Both the position numbers and the translations under genes were made by a program. Positions 29,923 through 38,874 of a stretch of 56,846 bases of DNA are shown here, piece by piece (within the stretch, counting starts at the first letter, position 1; each line of letters opens with the position of its first letter). This stretch comes from a virus (lineage: Duplodnaviria; Caudoviricetes), in IMG/VR virus record IMGVR_UViG_3300032046_003054, positions 1-56,846 of that record. The stretch is one strand, 5' to 3'. The notes under the pieces are model-generated. The model did no database searches and was not told the DNA's origin. It saw only the letters and a list, made by a program, of their open reading frames with translations.

Positions 29923-29979
29923 AGTGGTTAGTTTATTTAATTTCTTTTTCCTTCTCGGCTTCTTTTGATATGTGGTTAG

Positions 29980-30132
29980 TTAATTTTCTTCTAATAATTT
30001 AATAATTCCCAATGTTATGGCTTTTAAATAGTAATTACTTATTCTCCAAACAGAATCGTCTTCTGTGGCTTTTTCTATCAACTTTTTCATTTCTTTAATT
30101 ATTTCTTCTTTTGATATTGAGTTTGTGGGCAT
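29980..30132 (-). CDS. Cassette-array small protein, 50 aa (MPTNSISKE start)
   Basis: Hand-translated MPTNSISKEEIIKEMKK...LLEEN*. Confidence 0.55.
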   Translation of the reverse strand: MPTNSISKEEIIKEMKKLIEKATEDDSVWRISNYYLKAITLGIIKLLEEN

Positions 30133-30138
30133 AGGTAA

Positions 30139-30297
30139 TTAATTAAGGGGAGCTGATAAAGCATATCCACAGAATGGACAAGTATGCAAATCACCATTAC
30201 TATAAATAAGTTTATCTTTTCTCGGCACTACCTCTTTTTTACAGCAAGCACAATATTCTTTTTTTGTTTCTTTTGTTTCTTTTATTTCTTTTTCCAT
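30139..30297 (-). CDS. Cassette-array zinc-ribbon protein, 52 aa (MEKE start)
   Basis: Hand-translated MEKEIKETK..YCACC...CPFCG..PLN*. Confidence 0.6.
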   Translation of the reverse strand: MEKEIKETKETKKEYCACCKKEVVPRKDKLIYSNGDLHTCPFCGYALSAPLN

Positions 30298-30302
30298 AGT
30301 GG

Positions 30303-30506
30303 TTAGTAATTAAACATTTCATCTTCTCCTGAATACTTTCTTTCACGGTCATCTCCAAGTTTTGCTAAAACCTTTCCTTGTTTTGTTAGCAAATATCTGA
30401 CTCGTCTTATTGGGTCTTCTGGCGTTCCTTTTCCTTCATTGACTTCTACTTTTAATAATTCTACCATTTTTGCATCTCTAAAATTTGCGTATGTTTCTTT
30501 TTCCAT
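30303..30506 (-). CDS. Cassette-array hypothetical protein (MEKE start)
   Basis: GKGTPEDPIRRV; both start and stop lie inside R1 copies. Confidence 0.65.
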   Translation of the reverse strand: MEKETYANFRDAKMVELLKVEVNEGKGTPEDPIRRVRYLLTKQGKVLAKLGDDRERKYSGEDEMFNY

Positions 30507-30732
30507 AGTGGTTAGTTGGTTAGGTTAATAATACGGGGGATTAATTTTCTTTTTTATAACGAATAATTATTATCGATTTATCTCCGTTTTGCTTAAATTC
30601 TTTAATATCAAAGTTTTCACTGTCAAAAAATCTTTTAATCGGAGTGTTATATGGGGCGTGGATGATAATTTCTGTTTCTTCAAATAATCCATTTTTAATT
30701 GTATTATCTTTTTCGGCCATAAAATTAAGTGT

Positions 30733-31041
30733 TTAATTTGTATTCTCTTGTTTTCTCAAAATACGACAAGGGATAATATAAACCTCCACATCACTTCCTT
30801 TTATTAATTCTATCGGATATTTTTGGATTTCGGTTGCTTTTATACATTTTATTTGTTCGTGTTTAAACCAGGTCAAATCAATTATTCCATCTAACTCCGC
30901 CCTGTAATCCACCAGTTTCTTATTAAGACCCAGATACCATTCCCCTTCTTTGCCTCCATACTTTTGCCAATAGTTAAAAAGTGGGGTTTGAATATGGATT
31001 CTTGTCGCATTTCTCTCTTTGTGTTTTTTTAAGTATTGCAT
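30733..31041 (-). CDS. Hypothetical protein
   Basis: 102 aa, overlaps the replication gene stop. Confidence 0.55.
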   Translation of the reverse strand: MQYLKKHKERNATRIHIQTPLFNYWQKYGGKEGEWYLGLNKKLVDYRAELDGIIDLTWFKHEQIKCIKATEIQKYPIELIKGSDVEVYIIPCRILRKQENTN

Positions 31042-31775
31042 AGTTCCAAGTATTTTTTAACTGCTGTTTCAATTTTGAAATCCTCTCCACCCCACCCCTT
31101 AAGCCACGCATATGCTTTATCCAGCATCTCACAAGCCCTATCCGTCTGACCATCGCACAGTTCAAGGAGTTGTTTCGCCGCCCGCAAATGTCTTTTATAA
31201 TCATCTGGCTCTTGGTTGGTGATTTGCAGATAATAATCCACTACGATAGCTATTTTATTCATATTTGCAGGGCGAAACTTTAGTTTCGCATTATAATTAT
31301 TCTTATGTTTTTCTTTAATGTTATTCTTTGAGGTGTTTTGGGACCCACTTTCTGGTGCTATTAGACCCACTTTCGTTGTTTTAGGCTCCACTTTCAAGGT
31401 GGTCGTTTGAGCACCACTTTCTATTTTATTAGCCAAAACCCCATTTTCATATTCTTCTATATTTATCTTCCACAAATCAACCATTAAAAACTGTCTTACA
31501 CTTCCACCCCTTACTTTTACTGGCTCTGTTTCTTTTATCCACTTTCTTGCTAAAAGTTTTTTAATTGTATTTCCAACGGTTTGTTTATGAGCCCCCATTT
31601 TTTTTGATAAAGTGTTTATTGAGGCATAACAACTTCCCTTTTCTCCCGCAATTCTTTTCATTATCAAATATAAACTTTGCTCATAAGCAGTAGAATGATT
31701 CACCACCATATTAGGTATTTGGGTATAATATTTTCTGTCTCCGCTTTCATCTATGATTTGTATTTTTTCTTCCAT
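31029..31775 (-). CDS. Replication initiator / replisome organiser (winged HTH)
   Basis: YTQIPN, CYASINTLSKKMG...TIKKLLARKWI, low-complexity linker. Confidence 0.75.
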   Translation of the reverse strand: MEEKIQIIDESGDRKYYTQIPNMVVNHSTAYEQSLYLIMKRIAGEKGSCYASINTLSKKMGAHKQTVGNTIKKLLARKWIKETEPVKVRGGSVRQFLMVDLWKINIEEYENGVLANKIESGAQTTTLKVEPKTTKVGLIAPESGSQNTSKNNIKEKHKNNYNAKLKFRPANMNKIAIVVDYYLQITNQEPDDYKRHLRAAKQLLELCDGQTDRACEMLDKAYAWLKGWGGEDFKIETAVKKYLELCNT

Positions 31776-31793
31776 AATTTTATCCTTTAACTC

Positions 31794-31828
31794 ATTATCT
31801 CTTTATCACAACCCGTTGTCAAGCCCCC
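31794..31828 (-). promoter_or_regulatory. Early promoter
   Basis: GGGGGC-TTGACA-ACGGG...N17-GATAAT. Confidence 0.75.
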
Positions 31829-31858
31829 TACAAGCACACCGCTAAAATGTCAATCTCT

Positions 31859-32206
31859 TCACCTGTAATTCTCCCTGTATTTTCTGATAAATTCCTTATC
31901 AATTTCTTCAAACACATAATTGTTTTTCAAGAGATATCTAAAAACTTTTACCAGCATCATCTTTTCGTTTTCTATTCGGTGAAGTTCGGGATTATACAAA
32001 TGGCAACCTTCGTTGTGAATTGGAAAGGAATTGCATACAGATTTATTGAATTCGCCAATCTTGTAATCGGAACTTGGACTTGATTTTATATGATGAAAAC
32101 AATCCGCCCCGCTTTCCTCACACAAAAAGCAACGGAAATTAAATGCCCACACCGAGTTCAATTTCTCTCTATCAAAACGATATTTAAGTCCTGTTCTTTT
32201 CATCAA
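31859..32206 (-). CDS. HNH-like (NinG/DUF968-like) nuclease
   Basis: CFLC...FHHI...N..PIH..CH. Confidence 0.55.
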   Translation of the reverse strand: MMKRTGLKYRFDREKLNSVWAFNFRCFLCEESGADCFHHIKSSPSSDYKIGEFNKSVCNSFPIHNEGCHLYNPELHRIENEKMMLVKVFRYLLKNNYVFEEIDKEFIRKYRENYR

Positions 32207-32669
32207 GTTTTTTTATCTCTGGTTTTTCCCTAAAAATTCTTTTACACATTCGGCATCCCCAAACTATCATTTCTTCCAAGTCGTGCTGGCATTCCTCAGC
32301 GGGATTGGTCGGTAGATATTTTTGTTTTATCTTTGACCAACTGATGTTTTTTCCTTCTTCAAAAACCGACCAAGATTCGCTATCTGGCGAAACAATCTTG
32401 AACTTCTCATAGAACTGGATAGCTCTTGCTAAGTCAGAATAATTGATTCCAATATCTATTGCTAACTTCCTTAAAAAACCAGCATTGCCCTTTCCATATT
32501 TATTATAAAGTTCGTCATTGAATATCCTTTCCCCCAATCTTCCATAAGTCAAGATTTTTTCCATACGGAAGTTGAAGACGCCCTCAACTATGATGCTTTG
32601 GCACTCTTCTACAAGGGCTGAATAAGAGTCATCATTTCTCAATTCCACTAAATTGTGCTCTTCTTCCAT
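32184..32669 (-). CDS. DUF1016 N-terminal (YhcG-N)-like protein
   Basis: ILTYGRLGERI, YG....LRKLAIDI, AIQFYEKF, ISWSKI. Confidence 0.6.
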   Translation of the reverse strand: MEEEHNLVELRNDDSYSALVEECQSIIVEGVFNFRMEKILTYGRLGERIFNDELYNKYGKGNAGFLRKLAIDIGINYSDLARAIQFYEKFKIVSPDSESWSVFEEGKNISWSKIKQKYLPTNPAEECQHDLEEMIVWGCRMCKRIFREKPEIKKLDEKNRT

Positions 32670-32702
32670 ATTTTTAGTTTATTTAAGCGTTCTAATTGCC
32701 TC

Positions 32703-32981
32703 TTACAGAGGTTTTCGTGGCAGAACCGAACCGATGCCCGTCTCCACTGAAAACCCCTGTTTTTGAAGCCTTTTGGCGACTATCTGCTTATGTCGGCACG
32801 GTCTTTTGAAGACACCAGCTGGACAGTCGCAGACCAGATGCCCGTCCCTGAAATACTCAACAATGTGCCAGCTTCCTTTCTTGCTTTTGCTCGGAACTTT
32901 GAAAGCCTTGATTGCCAGCATTTCCCTTGAAGATGAAAAATCTTTGCAGGCTTTCATTTCAAAAAGGAATGTCTTTAACAT
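32703..32981 (-). CDS. SWIM zinc-finger protein
   Basis: VPSKS...CDCPAG....CRH; true start probably MLAIK. Confidence 0.7.
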   Translation of the reverse strand: MLKTFLFEMKACKDFSSSREMLAIKAFKVPSKSKKGSWHIVEYFRDGHLVCDCPAGVFKRPCRHKQIVAKRLQKQGFSVETGIGSVLPRKPL

Positions 32982-33351
32982 CTATTCCCTCCTCATTATC
33001 TTCAATAACTGGGATTTCTTCTTCACTTTCACCATTAGCCTTCGGCTTTGAAACCACGAAGGAACTCCTATATCCTGCAGGGGTTTTGTTCCTTTTCATC
33101 TCAATCACAACAACATCATTCGGTTCGTAGTCAACCAATTGCGAGATGAGTGAGGCAGAAGAGGTAAAAATCTCCTTCTCCTCCCCGTCCTGCAAGACCT
33201 TTATCAGAATGCCCTCAACGTCCTTTCCTGCATCGTCTTGAATTGTTTTCTTTTCGTCTGAAATCAACTTTACCAAAACCTTCGGGGTTTTTTTGAAGGA
33301 TATCCTGTTGCCCCAACCTTTTTCTTTGCTAAATGTTTTCGCTGAATCCAT
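32959..33351 (-). CDS. Putative single-stranded DNA-binding protein
   Basis: Beta-rich body, acidic tail ending DIPF. Confidence 0.6.
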   Translation of the reverse strand: MDSAKTFSKEKGWGNRISFKKTPKVLVKLISDEKKTIQDDAGKDVEGILIKVLQDGEEKEIFTSSASLISQLVDYEPNDVVVIEMKRNKTPAGYRSSFVVSKPKANGESEEEIPVIEDNEEGIDVKDIPF

Positions 33352-33391
33352 AAATGTTTTTATTTATTTAATTTTATTATTCTCCGACCTT

Positions 33392-33619
33392 TTATTTTTT
33401 ACTTTTTTCCTCAACTAACTTTGATACTGCCTCATTTAACTCTTTGGCTTTCAATTCTTTGGTTTTTCCAATAATAGCATAAATTATTACTGCAAAAATA
33501 CCAAATAATAAGCCCATAAAGATAGCCAATCCCTTGCTCCTTCCATTTCTTTCGGCTATCCTATAACACCAATATGCTAAACCTGCTATGATTACAAATG
33601 GTATAATTATTTCTGTCAT
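33392..33619 (-). CDS. Small two-TM membrane protein
   Basis: IAERNGRS between two hydrophobic segments. Confidence 0.7.
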   Translation of the reverse strand: MTEIIIPFVIIAGLAYWCYRIAERNGRSKGLAIFMGLLFGIFAVIIYAIIGKTKELKAKELNEAVSKLVEEKSKK

Positions 33620-34092
33620 ATTTTTATTTTATTTAATTGTTTTTGTTTCCGACCTTTGTTTCTATAATTAGGAGTTAATTGATGACAATTTTTACAAAGA
33701 GTAATACCATTATCAATGATAAATCTTAATCGTGGATAGTTAATCCATTCTTTAATATGATGAGTTTCTAAATTGCCTCCAACTTTTTTGCAAACTTGAC
33801 ATCTATAACCATCTCTTGCAAGCACTGCTTTTCGCCAAAAATACATTTTTGAACTTGCTCTTTCTAATTGATTTTTTAAAGATACGCCACCTTTCCAATT
33901 TGGATTTTTATCACCTCTCATTTTTTGAGAACATTTTAAATTTCTTTTGCCCCACATTGGATTATTTTCTCCCATCATTCTCTTAGAGTGTTCTGGTCGT
34001 TTTTTTCCTAAATTCCATTTATTACCCAATTTTGCTTTGGCCATTTTATCTCTATGCTCTTTTGTAAATTTTGTTCCTTTTATTGTGGACAT
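33616..34092 (-). CDS. Free-standing HNH endonuclease
   Basis: NPNWKGG, WRKAVLARDGYRCQVC, HHIK..NGITLCKNCH; likely start MSTIK. Confidence 0.9.
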   Translation of the reverse strand: MSTIKGTKFTKEHRDKMAKAKLGNKWNLGKKRPEHSKRMMGENNPMWGKRNLKCSQKMRGDKNPNWKGGVSLKNQLERASSKMYFWRKAVLARDGYRCQVCKKVGGNLETHHIKEWINYPRLRFIIDNGITLCKNCHQLTPNYRNKGRKQKQLNKIKI

Positions 34093-34271
34093 TTTTTTAT
34101 AAAACAAGAATTGCAAAAATGTTCGTGCTCTCTCTTTTCTTTCCCATTTATTTCGGCTATTGAATACTCAGGTATAATATATCCACAAAAATTACAGAGT
34201 GGCAACCCGCATTCGCAACAATAGTGATTTGCTTCTATTTTATTTTCTATATCGTAGGCACAGGTTTCCAT
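34080..34271 (-). CDS. Small zinc-finger (B-box-like) protein
   Basis: CCECG.PLC..C...FC..C. Confidence 0.6.
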   Translation of the reverse strand: METCAYDIENKIEANHYCCECGLPLCNFCGYIIPEYSIAEINGKEKREHEHFCNSCFIKKCPQ

Positions 34272-34275
34272 TATA

Positions 34276-35271
34276 TTATTTTTGGCTTTTAATTATTTTT
34301 TCTTTCTCTTTTTCTTTCAGTTCGTCATTCATAGGCTTAATCATTTTATCCATTTTTTCTTCCCACTCCTCCTTTGACTTACACCCAGTTATTGTTGGCA
34401 AATACATACTCCAACCAATCTCCCAGTTTGGAACATACATACCCTTTGTTTTGTAAGATTTCTTATCCATCTGAAACTTAACCGACTTGCTTTCATCAAA
34501 AATTATCTCCTGCGGTTTTGGCGGCTCTTTCTTCTCTCTGATATATTTTGTCATCAGCATTACATCGTCTTCCCATAATTTATTCAACTTCGGGTCGTCT
34601 AATCTCAAAGGAAACTCGGCAGTTGTCAAATCATCTTTTGAGATATAAAGAATTCTTCCTTCTGGAAGTTTTGTCGCCTTCATTCCAGTAAACAACTGCA
34701 TTTTATGGTGGGGATATGCGTCTGAAAGATAATCTTTTTTAGCCCAGAAGACCATACTGTTCACCGACTTTATTTCATAAACCAAATCCTTCAAACCATC
34801 AGGATATTTTGCAGACAACTCATCAACCAAAGCCCTCGCTATTCTTTCAATAGTCGGCATCAAAACAAATAAAGGATTTGAATCAAGTTCTTTTTTAACT
34901 TTTGCCCAATCAGGTTTTCCCCCAGCAATGAAGTCTGGCTTAACGCTAATCCTCAAATGCTCGGTATCTGCTGGAATTTCATACCATTTATTATCATATT
35001 TCAACAGCCCAGAAACAATTAAGACATACCCTATTATTCTTTCAAAGAAATCCCCAGCGGCAAAAACCCTCAAAGTTCTCTCATCATAATCAAAGTCCAT
35101 TTTAACCCCCGTCATTTTCAAATACCTTTCATAGTGATTTTTCCCAATCTCCGAAGCCCAGATATGCTCCCTCGGCTCTAACTTTTTATCTTTCCTTTGA
35201 AGAGTAAGTTGGGTGTTCCAGATGCCCTGAACAGACCAACCCTCTGGCTCTACTTTTTTTAAGTTCTCCAT
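34276..35271 (-). CDS. PD-(D/E)xK (Cas4-like) exonuclease
   Basis: IWASEIG, KPDF, YEIKS, H.MQL, ILYISKD. Confidence 0.75.
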   Translation of the reverse strand: MENLKKVEPEGWSVQGIWNTQLTLQRKDKKLEPREHIWASEIGKNHYERYLKMTGVKMDFDYDERTLRVFAAGDFFERIIGYVLIVSGLLKYDNKWYEIPADTEHLRISVKPDFIAGGKPDWAKVKKELDSNPLFVLMPTIERIARALVDELSAKYPDGLKDLVYEIKSVNSMVFWAKKDYLSDAYPHHKMQLFTGMKATKLPEGRILYISKDDLTTAEFPLRLDDPKLNKLWEDDVMLMTKYIREKKEPPKPQEIIFDESKSVKFQMDKKSYKTKGMYVPNWEIGWSMYLPTITGCKSKEEWEEKMDKMIKPMNDELKEKEKEKIIKSQK

Positions 35272-35275
35272 TTTT

Positions 35276-35467
35276 TTATGATTTAATTATATTATCTTTC
35301 CCGACCTTTGCTTCTTCTTTGTTCGCCTCTCTCCAAAGATACTCATACTTCTGCAACAAATCAGCGACAGCTATATGGACTATCTTTGTCATCGGGCAAT
35401 TTAATTTTCTTGCGACTATCCTTATTTTTTTAATTTGGTCTTCTGCAAGACGTGGCGAATTTGACAT
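35276..35467 (-). CDS. Ribbon-helix-helix-like regulator
   Basis: Short strand-helix-helix pattern; first gene after an early promoter. Confidence 0.55.
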   Translation of the reverse strand: MSNSPRLAEDQIKKIRIVARKLNCPMTKIVHIAVADLLQKYEYLWREANKEEAKVGKDNIIKS

Positions 35468-35504
35468 ATCTTTTTTATTTTTAATAATAATACCTCATAC
35501 CTTA

Positions 35505-35539
35505 ATTATCTTCTTTTCCTGACCTGTTGTCAAGCCCCC
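35505..35539 (-). promoter_or_regulatory. Early promoter
   Basis: GGGGGC-TTGACA-ACAGG...N17-GATAAT. Confidence 0.75.
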
Positions 35540-35549
35540 TAAAAAATAA

Positions 35550-35870
35550 CTATCCAACTTTTAATGTTTTGATATTAAACTCACTTATTCTTTTTTCCCC
35601 GCAATGCAAATCTCTTTCAATTCCCAATCCACCTATACCCTTAAAACTTTCTAATTCCTGTAAGGAGAAAGAACCCCATTCATCATTGTGGTCTCCGAAT
35701 AAACTGACATATCCAAAAAAGATTTTATCTTCTGAGTCGTATTCGGTAGCCCACCAAGTTCCTATCCCTGTCGGATTAAAAAACTTGGCTACAACTATCG
35801 GGTCTTTTTCATTTTCCTGACTGCCAATCTCTGCAAACCTTTTTTCTAATTCTTTTGTTAATAGTTTCAT
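35550..35870 (-). CDS. DUF2958 family protein
   Basis: MKLLTKEL, KFFNP.G.GTWWATE, FFGYV, EWGSFSLQEL, IERDL. Confidence 0.85.
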   Translation of the reverse strand: MKLLTKELEKRFAEIGSQENEKDPIVVAKFFNPTGIGTWWATEYDSEDKIFFGYVSLFGDHNDEWGSFSLQELESFKGIGGLGIERDLHCGEKRISEFNIKTLKVG

Positions 35871-35988
35871 ATTTGTCTTAAAATATCTTTTAGCCTCTTA
35901 ATTTTAAGTTCTAATTGCCAATCTAAGGGGTTTTTATTTGAAAGCCGAACATCTGCCCGCCCCTTTTCTTAAATTGGCAATTTGGTTT

Positions 35989-36297
35989 TTATAGATATTT
36001 TTCAAACTTTTTATTATACGACCTTTGTATTTTATCCGCCTTCTTGTGCCAGTTATGTTTTACAATCTTATCGTTAAAATTATCCTCATCTAACAATTCC
36101 ACTTCTGTCGGATAGTCAATCTCAAAAGAATAGTAAGCCCCGAAGTCGTGAGGATTGAGGAACTTCCTAACCCCACCCCCAATTTTCCCGAATCTCCTTT
36201 TAAGAAAAGCATAGGCGTTTTCTTTTAACTTTCTATATTCTTCCGTTGTCAAATCTATTGAAACAGGGAAATCTATTGTTGTATAAGTTCCGTACAT
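35989..36297 (-). CDS. Hypothetical protein
   Basis: 102 aa, PHDFGAY motif. Confidence 0.6.
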   Translation of the reverse strand: MYGTYTTIDFPVSIDLTTEEYRKLKENAYAFLKRRFGKIGGGVRKFLNPHDFGAYYSFEIDYPTEVELLDEDNFNDKIVKHNWHKKADKIQRSYNKKFEKYL

Positions 36298-36491
36298 CTT
36301 ATCTTGGAAAAGTGCAGTAGATAAGGAATGCCACGAAGGCCAGTAAACATAACACGAACTGGTCTATGAATTCCCTTCTCTCTTGCCACTTCTCTGTTTT
36401 AATTTTATTGAAATAGTTTTTTAATGCGTAGTTCATTTTTTTTTGCTTTCTGGCTGAGGCGGGTTAAAGTGTTTCCGTCCTTTCCAGAAAA

Positions 36492-36617
36492 TTATTTAAT
36501 AATAAATTCGCTTAAAATCGTATCTCCTTTTCCTATATTGCAATCCCGACAAGATGTGATATAGTTTTCAACTTTGTTCAATCCACCCTTACTTTATAAA
36601 CATAATTTTTTAGCCAT
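36492..36617 (-). pseudogene. Remnant of an HNH endonuclease
   Basis: MAKKLCL* followed in the same frame by SKGGLNKVENYITSCRDCNIGKG (HNH C-terminal half only). Confidence 0.65.
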
Positions 36618-36718
36618 ATTTTTTAGACGAGGAGAGAATTGATTGCTTCAAAACTCTCCCCTCGTCTGCAATCAATTTTTATTTCTTTTCTGGTATTTCG
36701 CCAGAGAAACCCTTTTTT

Positions 36719-38116
36719 TTACTTAAAGAAATCGGGCTCTTTAAGTGCTATTACTATTAAGTCACCCGCAAGGCCAGTCAGGCATTCGTGGTATGACATC
36801 TCGGTATGGTTTCCTTTGCTGTGAGCCAATTCGTGGATTATCAAGCCGAGCATCTCGCCTTTCAAGCCGTCCCACCAGTCCGCAGGAATCTTGCTGACAT
36901 TGAAAGATAAAACATTGCCCCCGAAGTCTGCCATTTCCGTTGCCTCGCTCTTGAAGAAGCTCACTTTTATCTTTATCCCCAAAATTTGTTCGGCAATTTT
37001 TGCCACCAATAGTCCTATCTTTTCCTGTTTGGAATTTGGCTCAACGGTGGTTGCTCCCACCAAACTTTTCCCGAATAAATCAGTGGAAGAACTCATCAAG
37101 TCATCCTTTTTAATTTTATCCCACTCATCCTTAGAAAGCTCTGAACCATAAACCACATTGAACCCGTGAGAAATTGCCTCATCTATTGAGTTAGGGTCAA
37201 AAGGATTTGCCACAACAACTTTGTCCCCGAACCTTTTCTTAACTATTTCACTGACCGCCTCTTTCACTATCCTTCCATTGCCAGTTGCCTCTCTCACCCA
37301 AATATCTGAACTCTCGGACTTGTCTATTTCCTGATAGGTCATATTAAGAACTTCTGCAAAAATATTGCTTAGATATTTCTGCGAAACTGTTTCCCTATCA
37401 ATTCCCATAGGAACTTTTTGCTGGATGCTGATGTCATATTTACAGTCTATCTCACAGATAGGAAGCCCCATCTCATAGAGAATTGCCTTTTCAAAACTCT
37501 TTGCATAAACCCATATCTCTGTTTTCCTTTGCATTTTTTTCATTATTCCATTTTCCTCAATTTCCGTTTCAAGGCTTGTTGAAATTATCTGCTCGGGCGT
37601 ATGGTAGTGTCTTTCAATTCCGTTGACTATAAACTCAATCCCCTCCGGCACAAGATACTTTGAAATCTCATTAAGCATTTCATCGTATTCTTCCTTTTTC
37701 ATTTTAACCCATAAGACAACCTCGCTTCCCAGTTCTCTTTTTTGCATTACATTCCTTCTCCCTTCTTTTTCAAAAACTATGGTTCCTTTGGTTGTGGTTA
37801 TCTTTGCCCTTGTCGCCAATGCTATCGCTTGTTTCTCTCCCACATTAAACCTTCCCCTTTTCTGCGGGTCGGTTCTTTTAGAAGTGGACTTGAATAAAGT
37901 GAAGGCATCGGTCAAGTCTTTGAATCCCTCCGGGCTATCATCTATCACTTTTATCTGAGCTTCCTTTCCCTCATAAGACAATTCAACCTCACACTTTTTG
38001 ATATTCTCATCCCAAGCATTCTGAACCAACTCTCTTAAGATATAGTGTTTTGGCTTTCCTGCTTGTAAAGACTTAAGTCCCTCCTTTGATACTTCAAACC
38101 AATTTTTGCTTTTCAT
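36719..38116 (-). CDS. GHKL ATPase with C-terminal HExxH zincin-like domain
   Basis: RELVQNAWD, DDSPEG, RGRFNVGEK, GSEV; C-terminal IIHELAH. Confidence 0.8.
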   Translation of the reverse strand: MKSKNWFEVSKEGLKSLQAGKPKHYILRELVQNAWDENIKKCEVELSYEGKEAQIKVIDDSPEGFKDLTDAFTLFKSTSKRTDPQKRGRFNVGEKQAIALATRAKITTTKGTIVFEKEGRRNVMQKRELGSEVVLWVKMKKEEYDEMLNEISKYLVPEGIEFIVNGIERHYHTPEQIISTSLETEIEENGIMKKMQRKTEIWVYAKSFEKAILYEMGLPICEIDCKYDISIQQKVPMGIDRETVSQKYLSNIFAEVLNMTYQEIDKSESSDIWVREATGNGRIVKEAVSEIVKKRFGDKVVVANPFDPNSIDEAISHGFNVVYGSELSKDEWDKIKKDDLMSSSTDLFGKSLVGATTVEPNSKQEKIGLLVAKIAEQILGIKIKVSFFKSEATEMADFGGNVLSFNVSKIPADWWDGLKGEMLGLIIHELAHSKGNHTEMSYHECLTGLAGDLIVIALKEPDFFK

Positions 38117-38184
38117 TTTGTTAGGTTTTTTTTAATTATATTTTATTTTGGTTTTTACAACTTTTCCTTGTTGCGACCTTTTAT

Positions 38185-38427
38185 TTAAACCGACCAATTT
38201 CCTTCTTCGTCTTGCGTTGCTCCGTGGGCTTCTGCCCAATTTTCATTAAAATCTGTCGGACACTGGTTCGGCCTGTATTCATACAATCTTTCCTGCTCCT
38301 GCTCTTCCATCTCGTCCAACTTGCTTTCAAGGTAGTTCTCTTCCATCTCCCGCCAGTTTTTGGCGTCCAACATCAGTTGCAGTTTTCTGCCCGCCCTTGT
38401 TAGGTATCTTATTATGTTTTCCATCAT
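38185..38427 (-). CDS. Hypothetical acidic protein
   Basis: 80-aa early ORF. Confidence 0.55.
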   Translation of the reverse strand: MMENIIRYLTRAGRKLQLMLDAKNWREMEENYLESKLDEMEEQEQERLYEYRPNQCPTDFNENWAEAHGATQDEEGNWSV

Positions 38428-38438
38428 ATTTTTTAATT

Positions 38439-38702
38439 TTATTTTATTAAACCTCTAATGACCTTTTTTGCTTTGAGAAGTTTTTTTGTCTCAGCAATGC
38501 TTAATTGCTTACCTACCTTCTCCATTTTTTTCAATTCCTTTAAATTCATCTTAACTCCGTGATTTTGCAACCTTACTTGTAAAACTTTTAGATTACAATT
38601 ATCGCAACATCTTCCGTCTTTTAAGGGTAAAGCGTTATTTCCAAAATGGGTATAATTACCTTTGCAGAGACAGCACTTTCCTTTTTCTTTATAGTTATTC
38701 AT
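38439..38702 (-). CDS. Small zinc-finger protein (first early gene)
   Basis: CCLC...GNNA.P...GRCCDNCN. Confidence 0.65.
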   Translation of the reverse strand: MNNYKEKGKCCLCKGNYTHFGNNALPLKDGRCCDNCNLKVLQVRLQNHGVKMNLKELKKMEKVGKQLSIAETKKLLKAKKVIRGLIK

Positions 38703-38763
38703 TTTATTATTTTATTGTTTTTATTTTTCCGACCTTTGTTTTGGAGTTATCCCCTCCATATTC

Positions 38764-38800
38764 ATTTTCGCTCTTTCCAACCCCGTTGTCAAGCCCCCCC
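38764..38800 (-). promoter_or_regulatory. Early promoter
   Basis: GGGGGC-TTGACA-ACGGG...N17-GAAAAT. Confidence 0.7.
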
Positions 38801-38874
38801 CATAAAATAAAATGAAATAAAACCCTCTTTTATGGCTTTTACCTCTGTTTCCCCTATAAATGCCTAAATGCCCC

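Larger units (their letters stand above)
28173..30515 (-). repeat. Four families of 22-33-bp junction repeats (R1-R4), three copies each
   Basis: R1 29910, 30285, 30494; R2 29350, 29697, 30106; R3 28474, 28716, 29083 (partial ~29932); R4 28173, 28504, 28840. Confidence 0.92.

Noticed and set aside
28173-30515. Repeat cluster as a CRISPR array
   Set aside because: Intervening segments are hundreds of bases long and encode ORFs; there are four different repeats and no cas operon
15559-34092. Introns around the HNH genes at 15559, 25177 and 33616
   Set aside because: Flanking genes look complete and there is no room for a ribozyme core
34276-35271. Cas4 implying CRISPR adaptation
   Set aside because: Stand-alone PD-(D/E)xK nuclease near an SSB-like gene, the usual phage recombination context
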